Assembly: GCA_021432655.1 (NCBI GenBank)
Contig: MU271260.1
Location: forward strand, 1 to 64,000
Length of the DNA: 64,000 bases
Direction of reading: 5' to 3'
Source: Atractiella rhizophila
Lineage: Eukaryota
The position numbers and the translations under genes were made by a program. This document shows, in pieces, positions 36,000 through 49,271 of this stretch. The notes under the pieces are model-generated. The model saw only the letters and a list, made by a program, of their open reading frames with translations. It searched no databases and was not told the DNA's origin. Numbering within the stretch: the stretch's first letter is position 1; each line of letters begins with the position of its first letter.

Positions 36000-36511
36000 G
36001 TGTTCAAGGTATAGTAGTCGACCATCGCTCTTGGACGTTTTCCTAATACGGTCACAGAGGCAGGCGCAGGCGGGTCTGGATCTGGCACGGTTTCGGTGGA
36101 TGGAGTAGTCGGTTTGATGAGATGTTGTAATGGGGTATCTGGGTCTTTAGGAGAAGGTGAGTCACTCCCACTCTTCTCCTCTGTTCTTTTCTTGGTTGGA
36201 GGGGGCTGGACAGAAGGAACGGTTATCGATTCTTCATCCTCGCCAAATTTGAAGTTTCGCGAGATGAGAACTCGCTGCGTCTTTGGATTATAGTACCGAA
36301 TTGCCTTCGGTCCATCTTCATACCCCACAAAGATGACCTTTACTGATTTGGGGTCCAGTTTTGGCTTCTGCCTCTCGTCTATCACCCATACGTCCCGTCC
36401 GAATTCCTGGAGCTCGCCGACAGCCGGCTTCTCCTTAGACCACGCCTCGTGAGACGTCTTGCGGTCCAGTGCTCGCGTGAGCGCTCTGTTTTGAAGTGAA
36501 CTTGTGAGCAA
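36000..36511 (-). mobile_element. Ty1/copia integrase C-terminal fragment
   Basis: NR..TRAL..KT.HEAW..EKP....EFG, KLDPKS.KVIFVGY, YYNP....ISRNFKF. Confidence 0.88.
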
Positions 36512-36519
36512 GAGAGGCC

Positions 36520-39062
36520 ATCATTGTGTCATTATTAGATTCATTGTCGGAGGTAATGCAGCCGATCTACATCCACAATGTATGAGAAGGAAACATGAAG
36601 ACAAATCAAAAGAAATCTAGTCACCTTGCTTGCAATTCCAAAGAACTTGATGCATCTCCACACAGCATCAGCCATATTCTCCCCAGTGTGAGATCCTGGA
36701 AGCTCTGCAAAATCAAGAATGACCTCATTCACTTCCCAATTATGATCGATGTAGGTTCCAGTAGTGCAAAGGAAGGAGAAGTCATTTTCAGAGCTCCACG
36801 CATCTAGTGCAAGATGAATCTTGGTATCTACTCCCTATTCACAGAAGAATTGTTAGCAATTGAGGTTTAACTGTCAATCAAATAGCAAACCTGCAGTTCC
36901 TTCTTGAGTTCTTCTAACAGAGTATCCCCTTTCTTCATCACCTTGCCCCTCAATGCCTTCCTCTTCGGTATCTTGATCTTCTTTAGGTCGACCTCGGCTA
37001 CAGCCTCCTCTCCTCCGTTCGCATGCCCCTCATTATCTGTATTCCAGGTAGCTTGTTCCTCAGGATTGAGGCCAGAGTCTTGTCCAGGTATTAAAGTAGG
37101 ATAGGTATACTGAAGATATTCAAGAAGGTTACGGAACTGAGAGTTCTCAGTGAGCTGGAAGGGCTGATTGGTTGCAACAAAGAACTCTGTCAAAAGATTT
37201 TCAAACTTCATTTGATCGAAACTCTGCAGAGACAAAAGCGTCAGAGAAGAGTTGCATAGGTACAGTACAGTGAAGACATACCTGTTCGCCAAAGCGTGCA
37301 TGCATAGTGTTTACATGATCCAACATATCTTTTTGTTTCTTTGCCCCTTCAGCTATACCATCAGATATCTATGGAATTATTCGGATACAATGTAATACAA
37401 GTTGGAACTATACACACTGGCAGACCCTGTTTGCCATCCCCTTCTCTTCCTCTGAGATGGGAATCCCATCCATGATTTTCATCTTCATCGTTTTGAAGAG
37501 GGTTTGAGTTTGTTTAAAAGTGGGTCGGAGGATTGATAAGGTGATCCTCGAGATGGGTGAGCTTGCCGTTGCTGGATTTGGTGATGCAGCTGGTCCAACA
37601 ACAGAAGTTGCATCCAAAGTACGTCGTTCCATTCTTATGTCCATGTTGAACATCATTATGCGCCAGAGCCTTGGGGATATCTTTGTAGAAGAGCCAGACT
37701 GGATTCTGTTTCTTTGAAGGTAGCTGTACACAGGTCAATCAGTTGGAGAATGTGTGGAGAAAGGCTGTACAACACATACACGGCTTTTCGGTTCTTCATC
37801 ATCAAGGTTGACAACTTCTCTCAAAGAGGGATTCAACATCGAGGTTGCCGTCATATTGTTGGCAGCAGTCTGCTCACATAAGTCAATACAAACAAATGAT
37901 TGAAGGAGAAAGAAAATACCAACCAAAGTTCTTGTTCGTCTTCATTCAGACTTTGGGTCCATCTTCTTATTCCGCTCAAGAGCTTTTACTAACTCCTCCT
38001 CATCAATGTCCACTGCGATTGGATCTGGCGCATCATCTCTTGCTGACCCGCTATTGTCCAACAGAGGGTCATAAGTGCCGTCGAGATCCTCCTCACCAAT
38101 TTCGACGATGAGGGCATGTTGAGCAAGTACAGCATGAATCAGAATTGCAGCGGCACAAATCGATGCCTTACATGCATTCAGCAGATAGACTGGGATGGAA
38201 TGTTCATCGATTTTGATGAGGGCAACCCACAGGACTTGGAAGGCAATGAGACCCTGTCTTCCTCCTATATCGGCTAGACTGGGGATCCAACCGGAGAAGG
38301 CATGGTGAAGTGGCTCATCGTTGTCCTCCAAAAGTGATGACACTTGACCCATGAGGCCTTGACAAATGGTAGCAAGATGTGTGGTGCCATCCAGCTGTGT
38401 CGAAGAGTTAAGCTAATTCGACTGCTGACAAGGGGAAAAAAGAACACTGACATTGTTGCGGTCAATCCTCAATGTATAAGATGCAGCATGCAGAATCTTC
38501 AATACATCGTATCCAGGTATCTTCATGTGTCTACTCGGAGGGTGATTAGTGATATCGGGAAAGGAAACATAAGGGAGCACCCACTCAGATTCTTCATTCT
38601 TCCTCCTCTTCGACTCGCTAATTGCTGTGCCATCCTCATTGTTCCTCTTCGCAAGGCCAACAGATGATCTAACCCTCTTCCCCAATGCAGACATTGATAA
38701 TTGGTGGTGTGGTGGAACTGTAGTTGATAACGAGGGAATACCTTATAATTGGAGAGAGGGCTCAAGGACCCGTTTATATAGCCAGGTGGCTTGCAGTCTA
38801 CACTTTAGAACAAGTAGGAACACGTTAGGAAGTGAACAAAAGAATATTGGAGTGTGCACCTTTGATTCTCATTGTCCGAATCTACATTCTGAATCGTCCA
38901 TCGTACCGAATCGTAAAATTGGACGGGAGGGCGTTCGATATGGTGTTGGGAGTCGTATCGTAGTCAAATCGTAAACCGAAGAGAACGTGAAGCTTCGATC
39001 GGCTTCGTTCTTGCATCGGCATCGACGGGGTAAATACGTTTTGGGTTCGATGTCCATCCCTA
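36520..39062 (-). mobile_element. hAT element 3, 5' part (TIR, BED finger, N-terminal catalytic region)
   Basis: Terminus TAGGGATGG ending at 39062 with ATCGTA subterminal repeats; VWLFY..CNFC..LEDHL; TNQPFQLTENSQFRNLL; LALDAWSS; LDFAELPGSHTGENMA; ITSDN.SNNDT. Assigning the terminus to this transposase is inferred. Confidence 0.85.
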
Positions 39063-40659
39063 AGTTTGCCAGGCTTTAGTATACTTACTGGGGGGCCGCT
39101 CGTCCCTCGGGGGGGACCACATCTAGTTTCCGATAAAAAGTGGATGACTATGCCCTTAGGAACATGCTGAGAGATAATCAATGATTGAGTACTTTGGAAA
39201 CTGCATTGTCCATTAAATTATGTGCAGGTACTCACGGCTTCAAGAGTAACAAAATGTGATGGAACAGAGAATCGAACCAACACCAGAGGTGAGAGGAGTT
39301 ATGAAGGGGGATCGGACTGAGGGGATTGGATCGGATCGGCTCTTGTGGTTCGTTTATTCTTTGGAGAGTGGTAGACAAGGAGATCGTGAATGTGAGGAGG
39401 ATCATGAAAGAGTATGCGGTGCACAAGGAGATGACAAAAGTTGAGGAGTGATGTTGTTGGATCATCCTGATTCCGTGAAGACGTGATTATAAGGTCAGAC
39501 TCCCATATCTCTATCGGTCGCTCAGAATTTCCCTGCGAACACAACCGAATTCTAATGTCAATCCCCGGATATCAGGTAACAATCTGATTGATCCCATCAT
39601 TCCTTGGAGGACCATACACTCCTTAGCACGGTAGAGGCGCATTCTCATCAAAGCTTTCCTCATAGAACTTCGCATAGACTTACCTTTAATTCCTTTGCTC
39701 TCATATAGCTCTGTTCTTCTTTATTGTCTGACCATTTAGCATGGACCTGTTTCTTGATCAATTCTTGTTCAGTGATCTATTCTTGCTTGCTTGTGGCTCT
39801 CTTAAAAGAGCTGCTCTTGTAGATACACCCCAAGGTCTAGCCTATACCTTAAATCAAACTCTCAAAGTTTAAAATGTTTAAAGCTCTTCAAAGCGGAAGA
39901 AAGTCACCTAGGTGTTCCATGTGGTGCCTTGACGGCAGAAATAACTCAGATCCTTTCGTTCAACGCGAGAAATCAGAAATCGGATGATCAACACCTCAGG
40001 AGGTACCTCACCTTAAAGAAAAACTGAAGAAGACAGGAAGCTGCTTGTATCGAGAGGGTCTACCGTAGGTCTGGCACTTTCTTGTAGTGTCGGTAGTGAT
40101 ACCGAAGAGGGTCAATTTTTTTTAACTGGCTTTCCATTGACCTTGCAACACAATGGATCAGATTTGGCATGGATGAAGGTATTGACCGGATTCTCAATGC
40201 TGCATGTAACATCCACAGATGTAGCGGCAAGCTGAGGATCATACCGAGCCAGTGTATTGAAATCCTTTTCCCTCAAGTTATCAGTACATTTCCACAATCA
40301 GCACTTAAAATACCACCTCATAGATCATGGCAACATTGACAGCTTCGCTCAATGTCTCAGCTGCAGCCGGTTTGTAATGTGTATCCCAAAAGTCGTAAAG
40401 TGTTTTTCAGCATCACTCATCCATTCCTCGTCACAGTTTATCATCTTCAGATACGAAAGACAGATCCTAATCCTTTGGCGGAAGACTTGGAAGAGGCGGA
40501 AATCCAGAAGCAATCCACTTTGATATATCGAGATCCAGGAACTGTACCGCGACATTGAAGAGGTCAAAACTAAATTGATGGATGAGGGTATCTCGAATCA
40601 GGTGCCGAAAGAAACCTGGAGCCAAATCACCGAAGTCCTTTTTCAAATCACTCGCTCCT

Positions 40660-41594
40660 CTTCATGATTACTGACGCATCCAATCTTCGCAGTCCGCCTT
40701 CAGCAACGATTTCAGCGACCACAGTACCATCACCTTCACCACCTTTCCTTGCCTGTCCGCGGAGAATACAACCTCGAAACCACGGGTGTTCAACTTGTCA
40801 GTAGAGAGGAGGGCACAGTCGATTTCGGGGTCATAGACAGTGTCAGTTATCTCAATTTCTCTTTCCACTCCTTTGACCTTTGTTAACACTTTGACAGTGC
40901 CGATGTCAATTGCCTGTGTGACGACGCCATGGGATGAGCGGATGCGACGCAAGTGGGGCTTGAGTGAGGAGAACCAATCTGCGAAGGGCGTGATGTGGTC
41001 TGTGGCAGCGGAATCGACATAGATCCCCTCACGGTGCATTCCTTCCCCCATGACTGTGTGGAATGCTTCTGATATTCTAGCTTCTCCAGGTTTCTCTCCT
41101 CCTTCTCTCTTCTTCTTGCGGCAGTCTTGTTCTCAATGTCCTTCAAGGCCACAATAATGGCATTTCCTCCCCTTCTTCTCACTTTTCGGTTTTCCTCCGC
41201 TACTCCCACGATTCAATTTGGTAAAGTACTTTCCTCCTCGTGCTGTCTTTGTTACTAACGCTTCTGAAGTAGTCTTTGATTCAGGGTTTCGCTTCGAGCA
41301 GAAGACGGGAGGCGACATATGAGAATGTGAAGTCGGAGGTGGCAACCATGTTGAAGGAGGAGATGACCTTGATCCAGGATTGTGGGAGCGAGATGAGGAG
41401 GAGCATGGCGATATCGTCATTATCAGTCTTGTCCCCCATTGCTTTCAACTCCTGTCCCATGGTTCTGATTCGGTTTACGTGCTCCCGCATAGATTCCCCT
41501 TCGACATAACACACCGTGTAAAACTTCTGGCGGAGCAGTACACGCGCTTGTCTGTCCTGGGTCTGGTAGAGCTCCTTGAGCTTATCCCAGACCT
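40660..41594 (-). mobile_element. Ty1/copia family B, copy 2 internal fragment (gag-protease)
   Basis: Aligns at DNA level with ~21990-22950; extra stops and frameshifts. Confidence 0.92.
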
Positions 41595-42096
41595 CTTTCG
41601 GTTTCTCAACTTCATGTGCCTTCCTGACTTTGTCGAGTTGAAGCAGGTTACTGCTCCGCTCTGGGTCTCACCATCACCTGATCTAACTCACGATCTCTGC
41701 CAGCAGCTTTCCTCCAATTCATGGCTTTAATGCATGGCTTTCAGCAAAGCAAGGAATCTGTGTCTTCGATAATGTGAGCCCAGCTGCTCTTGCTCCACAT
41801 GATTGTGCTTCCTGTCAGGATTTGAGCACGTCCGTTGCCACCAAGCGGCGCAGGTAATTCATGAACATTCCAGGCTTGCTGTGATTACTCATTTTGCCAC
41901 CTACCTTGAAGTATATAAAGCCATGTTTCACCTCATCGTAATTTCATTCTATTCAGCCGTTACAATAGAATCAACACTTCCTTCGTCAGTTTCAGGGATG
42001 GATTTTTTAAACAATTTGGATGCCAGCTGACATGGTGTTGATCCTTCCTTATCCAAAGCAAGCAACAGAAATTTCCCTGCTCCAAGCTCCACGACC

Positions 42097-42662
42097 TTAT
42101 CGGTTACTCAACGGGATGCTGTCAGGCCTCGCCATACCCGTGAAACCAACGAGAAAGAAATCTGCAGCCGCTGCAATGACAGCGAACGCATAGCTCGTCT
42201 TTTGAAGCCTGTTCATCAAACCGGCATATCGATGGCAGTTAGGATCACGAGTGACGCAGTCGAGCTTCCTGTAATCGTAATTAAGTGAGATGGCGTAGCC
42301 GAAGACGAGACCAATGACGAGGATACCAGAAATGGGATTGCCGATTAAGTCGAACGCTCGATGGTACGGAGGCGAAGCGTTCGATTTATCGAGGCGGAAG
42401 TAGAAGAGGAGCAGTGTAGTGATGGTCCAAGAGAGTGAGAGGGAGAACTGCACCAGAATGAGCCTCGAATTCAGTGACTAGGATGCTGACGTACGCCGAC
42501 TATTCCTGCGACATCGGCATCGTCTGCATCCGCATCCGAAGAGAACGCATCTTCATGCTGCAGCTTCACCGTGAGCACAGCAATCCCGACAATGCACGAA
42601 AGAAATATCAAAGCTCGAACAGATAAATAGATGATGCGGCGGATGCTCTGCTGCGAGGGCAT
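42097..42662 (-). CDS. 172-aa four-transmembrane protein, MARVEL-like (exons 42662-42495, 42447-42097)
   Basis: 47-nt intron GTACGT...TGCAG joins two ORFs in frame; four hydrophobic segments with a Cys pair between TM3 and TM4; TATAAA at 42803-42798; probable 5' UTR intron 42755-42701. Confidence 0.78.
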
Positions 42663-43934
42663 AGTGATCCTTCGTTGCCTTGGTTGCCACACCGTTAAAA
42701 CTAAAGCTTGGATTGGTGAGGAACGTGCTACAAACTCATAGGAAAAGCTACTCACCTGGTACTTTGTGCGAGAAGATAAATGGTTGAAGGGAGTAGCTTT
42801 ATACCCTTTCAGGATAGCTACGTTGAACTTCCTATCAACACGATTTCAGAAACAAACAGTGAAGATGTTGATTTGGACTCCTTTTACTTTGACCGACTCA
42901 GTTGAACCATATTGACCCATCATCAATGGTTCCTGAATAAATTGCTTCATCCCTGGTACAGCAGTCTTGGCAAGCGACAAGGCAAGCGACCGGGAAATCC
43001 TATTTCCTCGCAACTACTGTATGGGGACTGATGGCCGGGCTATTGACCATGGACGCAGGACGGAGTAGCAAGACACTGCACTAATGCAGTAATCTGGAGA
43101 AGTCTAGAGAAGAAGCCAAGCAAGATCCCGCCTACATCACCGCACTGAAAGGAGTGAACGCAGGAACATCACTACGAGAAGCAACAACGAGTACAATTGG
43201 CAATCAAGTTAAGACAAATGTTATTCCTCAGTTGCCCGGGAAGCCTATGAGATTCTTTCCGAAACTTGCTGTAATCACATGGGAGTCGTCAATGATGTCC
43301 CCCATGACAAGGAGCGACTACAGCTACCGTATTATTTGTTGGCTGCGGTACCTGAGCTAATTAGTTCTCACGGAACTATGTTGTTATGCTATCGCCAAGG
43401 CTGAAGGAGCAGTGCCAGCACAAAGGATTCAGAGAGATCTAAATCATGCAAAAGAATATGCATCAACAAGGGTAAAATAGTACTCAGGTCCCAACGAGAA
43501 GTGGTTGAGTTTCGCGATGCAGAAATAGAAAAGGTTGGTTCAGACTGTGCAGTTTCGGGAGGTTGTGGGCAGAATGTGACGAGTTGGATACCGTTGACAA
43601 CAGGAGGGATTGAGCATGAACTCCATATTCCCTGCCTTAAGCGTAAACTTGTAGAAGGGATGGATTGACAGTCGCCAACATTCTTGACTAAGAGGCCAAC
43701 TCTTTAAGTATGGTATTTTGTTGTCTTGCCTTTCGTCCGGTTTGTTGGTCGGGAATGTATACGGGTCACCCGTGACACCATGGGGAAATCCGCCATCCTT
43801 ACCTCTAAAAGCCATCCGTTCTTGGCATGAGTCATAAAACGCACTTTTGAGCGTTCATACCACCTTCAGCAGGCACATTGAAACAAAATGAATTACACCA
43901 TCTTACTGAACATGCTTGTAGAAAAATGTGTTGC

Positions 43935-44039
43935 ATACTGGACTCGAACCCTCACAAGAGTCACAGTAGGGTTCAAGGGGCCATGCCCCTTGCGAGTGGG
44001 TTGGGGGGCCTGAGGGACGAAGGCCGTTGACACACTTGT
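43935..44039 (+). repeat. GC-rich double-hairpin module ending CTTG|T, candidate Helitron-type 3' end
   Basis: Stem CAAGGGG/CCCCTTG, stem GGCCT/AGGCC, then CTTGT about 9 nt downstream. Confidence 0.5.
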
Positions 44040-44082
44040 GGGTAAGAAACACAATCCATATCCCGGCAAAGTGGTCACCCTG

Positions 44083-44350
44083 AGGGTTTTGCGAAAGCGG
44101 CCGGTGGCCGCCAGCGAAAAATGGTTTTGCGCTTGGATTTTGAGCAAATTTGCTGCCAAAAAGAAGGTTAAAACTGGTCGCTCAGTTTTATCGCCGACCA
44201 ACTCCGACCCTTGGGCGACGGGTCTGCCGGGGGTTCTGCGAAAGCGCCTGGATGCCACAAAGTAGAAAAGTTTTGCGCTTTGATTTTGGGAAGATTTGCG
44301 CACAAAACCGGTCAACCTCTTTTGGATCAGTTTTAACGCCGACTGACGCC
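44083..44350. repeat. Imperfect tandem duplication (~145 bp period)
   Basis: GGGTT.TGCGAAAGCG, GTTTTGCGCTT.GATTTTG and TCAGTTTTA.CGCCGAC each occur twice in order. Confidence 0.75.
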
Positions 44351-46829
44351 ATCACGAGGGTGTTGCGTGGATATGGTTGACGTATTCCATATTTTGTTTC
44401 TTCCCCTTGCTGGATCCGACATGTCTTACAGAGTGTTTGGGGATGGCAAGGTGCTTTTAAACCTCTTACCTACATTTGGCCGCGAGCGAGTTTTTACAGC
44501 TCTCATTCCCCCAGGACCGACCTAAATGCTAGGGGTTTAAGCGTTCAAGTGTTCACTACTCAGCTCCGCTGCGATACAGCCAAGGTGCGACGCGGCAGAT
44601 TTACAACGAATTCGAAATGGGAGTGAGTGTTATGTTATTCTAGCATTGCGGCTTTGGATGAGGGAGCGGAAATATATCTGTTGTCGGTGAGCCCATGTTC
44701 TCCCACTAAGTCGTATGCAGAAGGACTCACGCTTTCTCGTCTCCGAGAGAGTTTTCGCACCTAGCAGGAATGACATCCTAGGTATATGCCTATAATAGTA
44801 GACATTTCGCTCGTTCGGCTATACGTTGGAGTCGTGAAAGAGGTTATCTGCTGTTTTGATCAGCAGAGGTACCTTCACAATGAGAATGGCGCTGCGAACT
44901 GCACTCTGAGCAGTCTCTGCGACCGCTCTCGCTGTTGCCGGAGCCTTCAAGGCGTCATATTTGCCAAATTCAGCGTTACATGTTGAGTGAGTTCGTCAGC
45001 TGCATCGTGGGGCGTACAAATCTCTCACATGATCCCTGATGTAACCACCATCTCCGCTGGGTAGGATTCCGACCATGACTAGTATGCACGCCATCAGCAA
45101 GTGCATATCAAGATATGTTCATGTTCTTCGCTTCAACGCCTTTCAGGTTTTGGAGCCGCGCCGGTTTCTTTTCTTTCCACCGTCACGTGGTTTTACCTGA
45201 AAGTGGAATTATTGAACGCTCGCATTGCCTCATAACAAAGTGGCACTGAGCCAGACAAAATCTCAAATCGATAGTTGGAAATGAAGAGTAAAGCGTCATC
45301 ACTTAAGATATCGCTTGTTGGATTCGCTTTTCGACCTGTCCTGGCTGACTTCCTCCTGCTTTTTTGCCGCCACGGCGGAGGATTCATTTCCGATGCGCGT
45401 CGCGGAGGGGATGAGAGCACTGCAATAAAGGGATCAGTGGGACGAACGAAGGTTGCGGGAGACAAGACAAACGTAGAGGCAGTCAAAGCAAATCTCACGG
45501 TGGTGGCAGTCTCCGGAACATTGAGAGTTCTGGTCCCGCGCTAAGTCGAACTTCCGCGGATTGAATGGGCGGTTACACACCTGTCTTTGCCCCTTGCACA
45601 CGTCTCCATATCTGCTCCTCCATCCCCGCTCTCCCTCCCAGACTCTTCGGTGGATTCAGAGTCATGTTCGGAGTCTTCGGACGAAGACTGGGTTACGTGA
45701 GGCCTAGGACGACAGCGCTGAAAAATTGAGAGGAGTGAGGGGGCAAGGCGGCGAGACAAACGTTGAGTGGGCTGAGGGAGAAGAAGTTGTGGGCATGATA
45801 AATCTTCTCCCTGGAGTAGATGAGAGGGATTGGATCCTTGCTAAGGTATGTCTTGCCCTATCAAGAGCAACATCAGTTTATGTTGATGACCTACGGAGTT
45901 TTACAATCATGTAATGTCTCGGGCACTCCTGAAACGAAGTGTATTTTTGACAAAAAGTGGTCCACATAGCCCGATTGGACCCACCGTTGCATCCACTTCC
46001 CAACATTCATTTCCGAAGTCAACTGTTTTTATTCTCGACACTTTGCCCTTCTTTCACCCGGCGAATCTTTCCCTCAGATCAGTTTAGATCTGCTATGGCT
46101 AGCCCTTTTTTTCCAGATCCTATCGAACGGAATAGAAGCAGGACTGGTAAAATCATGTGGTCTGTGTGAGACTCTACTGCAAAAGCGAGTTCCTTTAGCT
46201 CGATTAGAGCGAGAACTAGGATGCTCAATCAATGAATGAGAGCTTAAACGAAAAGGAAAGACAGGAACCAGCTTATGCTAGCCACACTGAAGTGCAGGGC
46301 CGCTTATCAAGCTATTTGGTCTCAGAAATAAGACAGTGGATCTTACAGGGGCGCTTCTACGGCCCGGGGAACTTACCTCGATTCTTACCGCGCTTTCTGC
46401 TATGAGTGCGAAGTAAGATGATGAGGAATAAGATGAATTTACATTAACAAGTGAGGCCTCTTTTATAGGCCAATGAATCGGATAAAAGATCAAACAACAT
46501 CGTGGGAAAACCCGTAATACATAAGTAGATAGAAATATAGAATAATCTGAAAGCATGGAACGAAGAGGAAGCTGAAGGGAATCAAACGAGGCTCACCAGG
46601 GAATCGACGGATCTTGCCTTCCAGCTTCTGGATAAGGCTAAGATACCATGCGGTTATCTTCCCTTCTTCTCCCAATCGATTGTACGCGCTTGGAGCCAAC
46701 AGGAGAGGTGTAGAGAGACGGGGGAGTTGTGAGGTATACAGTGGTCAATGTCACTTCCAAGTTAGGCAGGAGCCGCTTCCAGAATAGGAAGGTATTGCCG
46801 CATGTGAGCGGATTGACCATTGTATCTCA

Positions 46830-49271
46830 CAGTCTGGAGGGGTTCTCCGAACTTTCACGCGAAGAGGTTCAAGAGAAGGCCAAGCGATGGCTTGCTGCTA
46901 GTCAGCGCTGTCTGGTGCTTGGAAAGTAACTGGAACAGCCACGAATACGAACTATCCAGTGAGTGTCATGTGGCTTAAGAGAGAATGCTAGACACTTCTG
47001 CAGAACCATTTTTCTCTTTTGCCGGAATTTGCAAACTACCGGCATACCCACTTATACGGCAACCTTTGCTCTATCCCTCTTGGGAACTGCCATCCGTATT
47101 TCTCAGCTGTTAAAACTACACACAGGTTAGGCGAGGACAAGAATGTGCGTTCGTTCTCTCCCTGTTCCTCCATCAAGCTTGATGTTCCGAGCAGAGAATG
47201 CCACCCGACGATCCTGCTCTTCCGTGGGGAAGGAACTCGCTGAAGCGGCAAACGGCGCTTCGAATCTTCGGGATTGTGTGCTTCGTCAGTGGTTATTTTG
47301 CTTCACCGTCACCCTTTGTGCTGAGAGATAAAAAGCTGGACTGGATGTCAGCGACGACTACCGATCGAGCTTACCTCATAAACCCGTGCCTAGTCGACTC
47401 TGAGCCTCCAATGAACGTGAATGACAACTCTCTCTCCCACATGTCTTCGTCAGTTACTCGACAACCCCCTGAAGTTCTCACCGATGTGAGTTACGAGCGC
47501 CTGATGCTGGCGGCGGTGAGAATGATGCAAAGGATGCACGAAAATGTCCTTTGTGCATCAAGCAAGGGACCAGGATACGATGTCATTCTTTTGCTCGATG
47601 GTGTATGGCACACCCACTTCCTTCCTTGTCTTGCTGATTGGTGTTGCTGTGGTCACACAGCAATATCAGGACATATTGAGCCATCTCCCATCGGAGCTCA
47701 CAAATTTACAAACATCAAATCAGTCTCCTCTTCTTCATTGGCAGAAACGTACGTTCTTCATTACCTGTTATGGAATGCAACCCAATCCTGACAGCTATTA
47801 CAGACGGGTCTCAATACATGGTTCTTGCTTTACTTTTGGTGTCTAACTGTGGATACAGACTGACAGGAATGCGTAAATAGATACACTACCTAGTGATGAA
47901 GCTCCATCGACCTTTTGTTCCTTTCTTCAAGAGTACACGACCGCAACATGGATACTCCAAGGATCAGTGCATCAGGTCGGCAAGCGTTGTAGTCTGTTCA
48001 GTTTTTGAGCTGCGAGGTGGGCGTTCACTTCTGTCAGTCTTTCTCTTAACTCAGTGTACACATCGCACATCAGAAACATTATCACACGTCCCGTAAGCTT
48101 CGTCCTTCAACTCAGCATGTTTGTTGATTGCGTCACAAAACAGGCACATGTACCACCATGCCTTCGTTGCAACCGTCGTTCTTTTGGCCGACATGTTCGA
48201 ATCAATTGAAAACGGGGTCCCGCCGTCAATACTCGAAGAGAAAAGGAGGACGCTACTCCTTGCAGAGGACATTTTCGTACCAGATCGAATTCCTGGGCAG
48301 AATCTCAATCATACGGTTACGCAAGTGGCAACAGCAATCAAAATGTTGCTAGACAGTGTACAGGTCAAGAGTAGTGGTGAGTTTATCTCTGTTGGGAGAT
48401 TTAAAAGTAATGGTCATTGTCAGAGGATCCGGGCACATCGAGCAGATCAAACTCCAATAGTTATACATCTTTTGTGGAGGTTTGCGATCGCTTTTTCACC
48501 TTCACTTACAGCTGGATTAAAGACTTGTTAGGTCTTAAAATCAGTCCGTGGCCGTCTTGAGACTCTTCTTTCCGACTGTAACCAAGGTGGCTCTAAGGCC
48601 AGAGAACTCCAACCAGCTGCCGCTGTCACTGCGTCATGTCATCTTCCTCCTACAGCCCATCTGTACCATCACCCTCAACCGTCTTACCTACGAACTCACT
48701 ACTCGGACTCCAGTAAGGACTTCCGGGACTCTTAACCGAAGATATCAAAAATACCCAAGCGACTGGAGGGTCGGTTCAATCGTTCGAATACGCACTTGAA
48801 TCAGAACCTTTCCAACAACATGATCCTGTCGGAGTGGAAGGAACACAAATACCGCTGACAGTCCCCTCTTCTGCTGCTCCGGTGCCACTTTCTGATTATC
48901 ACCCTCAACAGCAACTCACTTATGCGATTCAGTCTCCATATAACTTCCCTGCCAACCCATCACACTTTATCCCACTTTACCCCAATCAGGAGCAGTTTGC
49001 GCATTATACTTCAGACCACGATCTGCCTCCTGCTCTGCAGGTGCAGTCACCGCACGTCCACACTACTACCATATACGATGATGCGGCACAATACAATCGG
49101 AGCCTTTTCCTCACTATATGTCGAGATGCTGACAGCCTCAGTATTTTGCATCCGTTGCTTTTTTCTGTGAATAGCTGCTGCCTTGCGTGCTCGAAGTTAT
49201 TACAGTCTCCTGTCTACAGCTTCAAAGTTAGTCGGTACTGCAGTATCATTTTGATCAGTTTGATTTACTAG
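46830..49271 (+). pseudogene. Fungal-specific transcription factor domain gene (Zn2Cys6-associated middle region), no Zn cluster seen, premature stop
   Basis: WLAASQRCLVLGK*LEQPRIRTIQ, LDWMSA..AYLINP..DSEPPMNVND, KLHRPF..SKDQCIRSA, HHAFVATVVLLADMF; several short introns. Boundaries approximate. Confidence 0.7.

Noticed and set aside
39556..39934. Possible gypsy-like solo LTR (TGTCAA...TTGACG)
   Set aside because: End is not CA, no TSD, no second copy in the window.
44005..44025. Hammerhead ribozyme core (CTGAGGGACGAAGG)
   Set aside because: Lacks CTGANGA and GAAA consensus and the three-stem layout.
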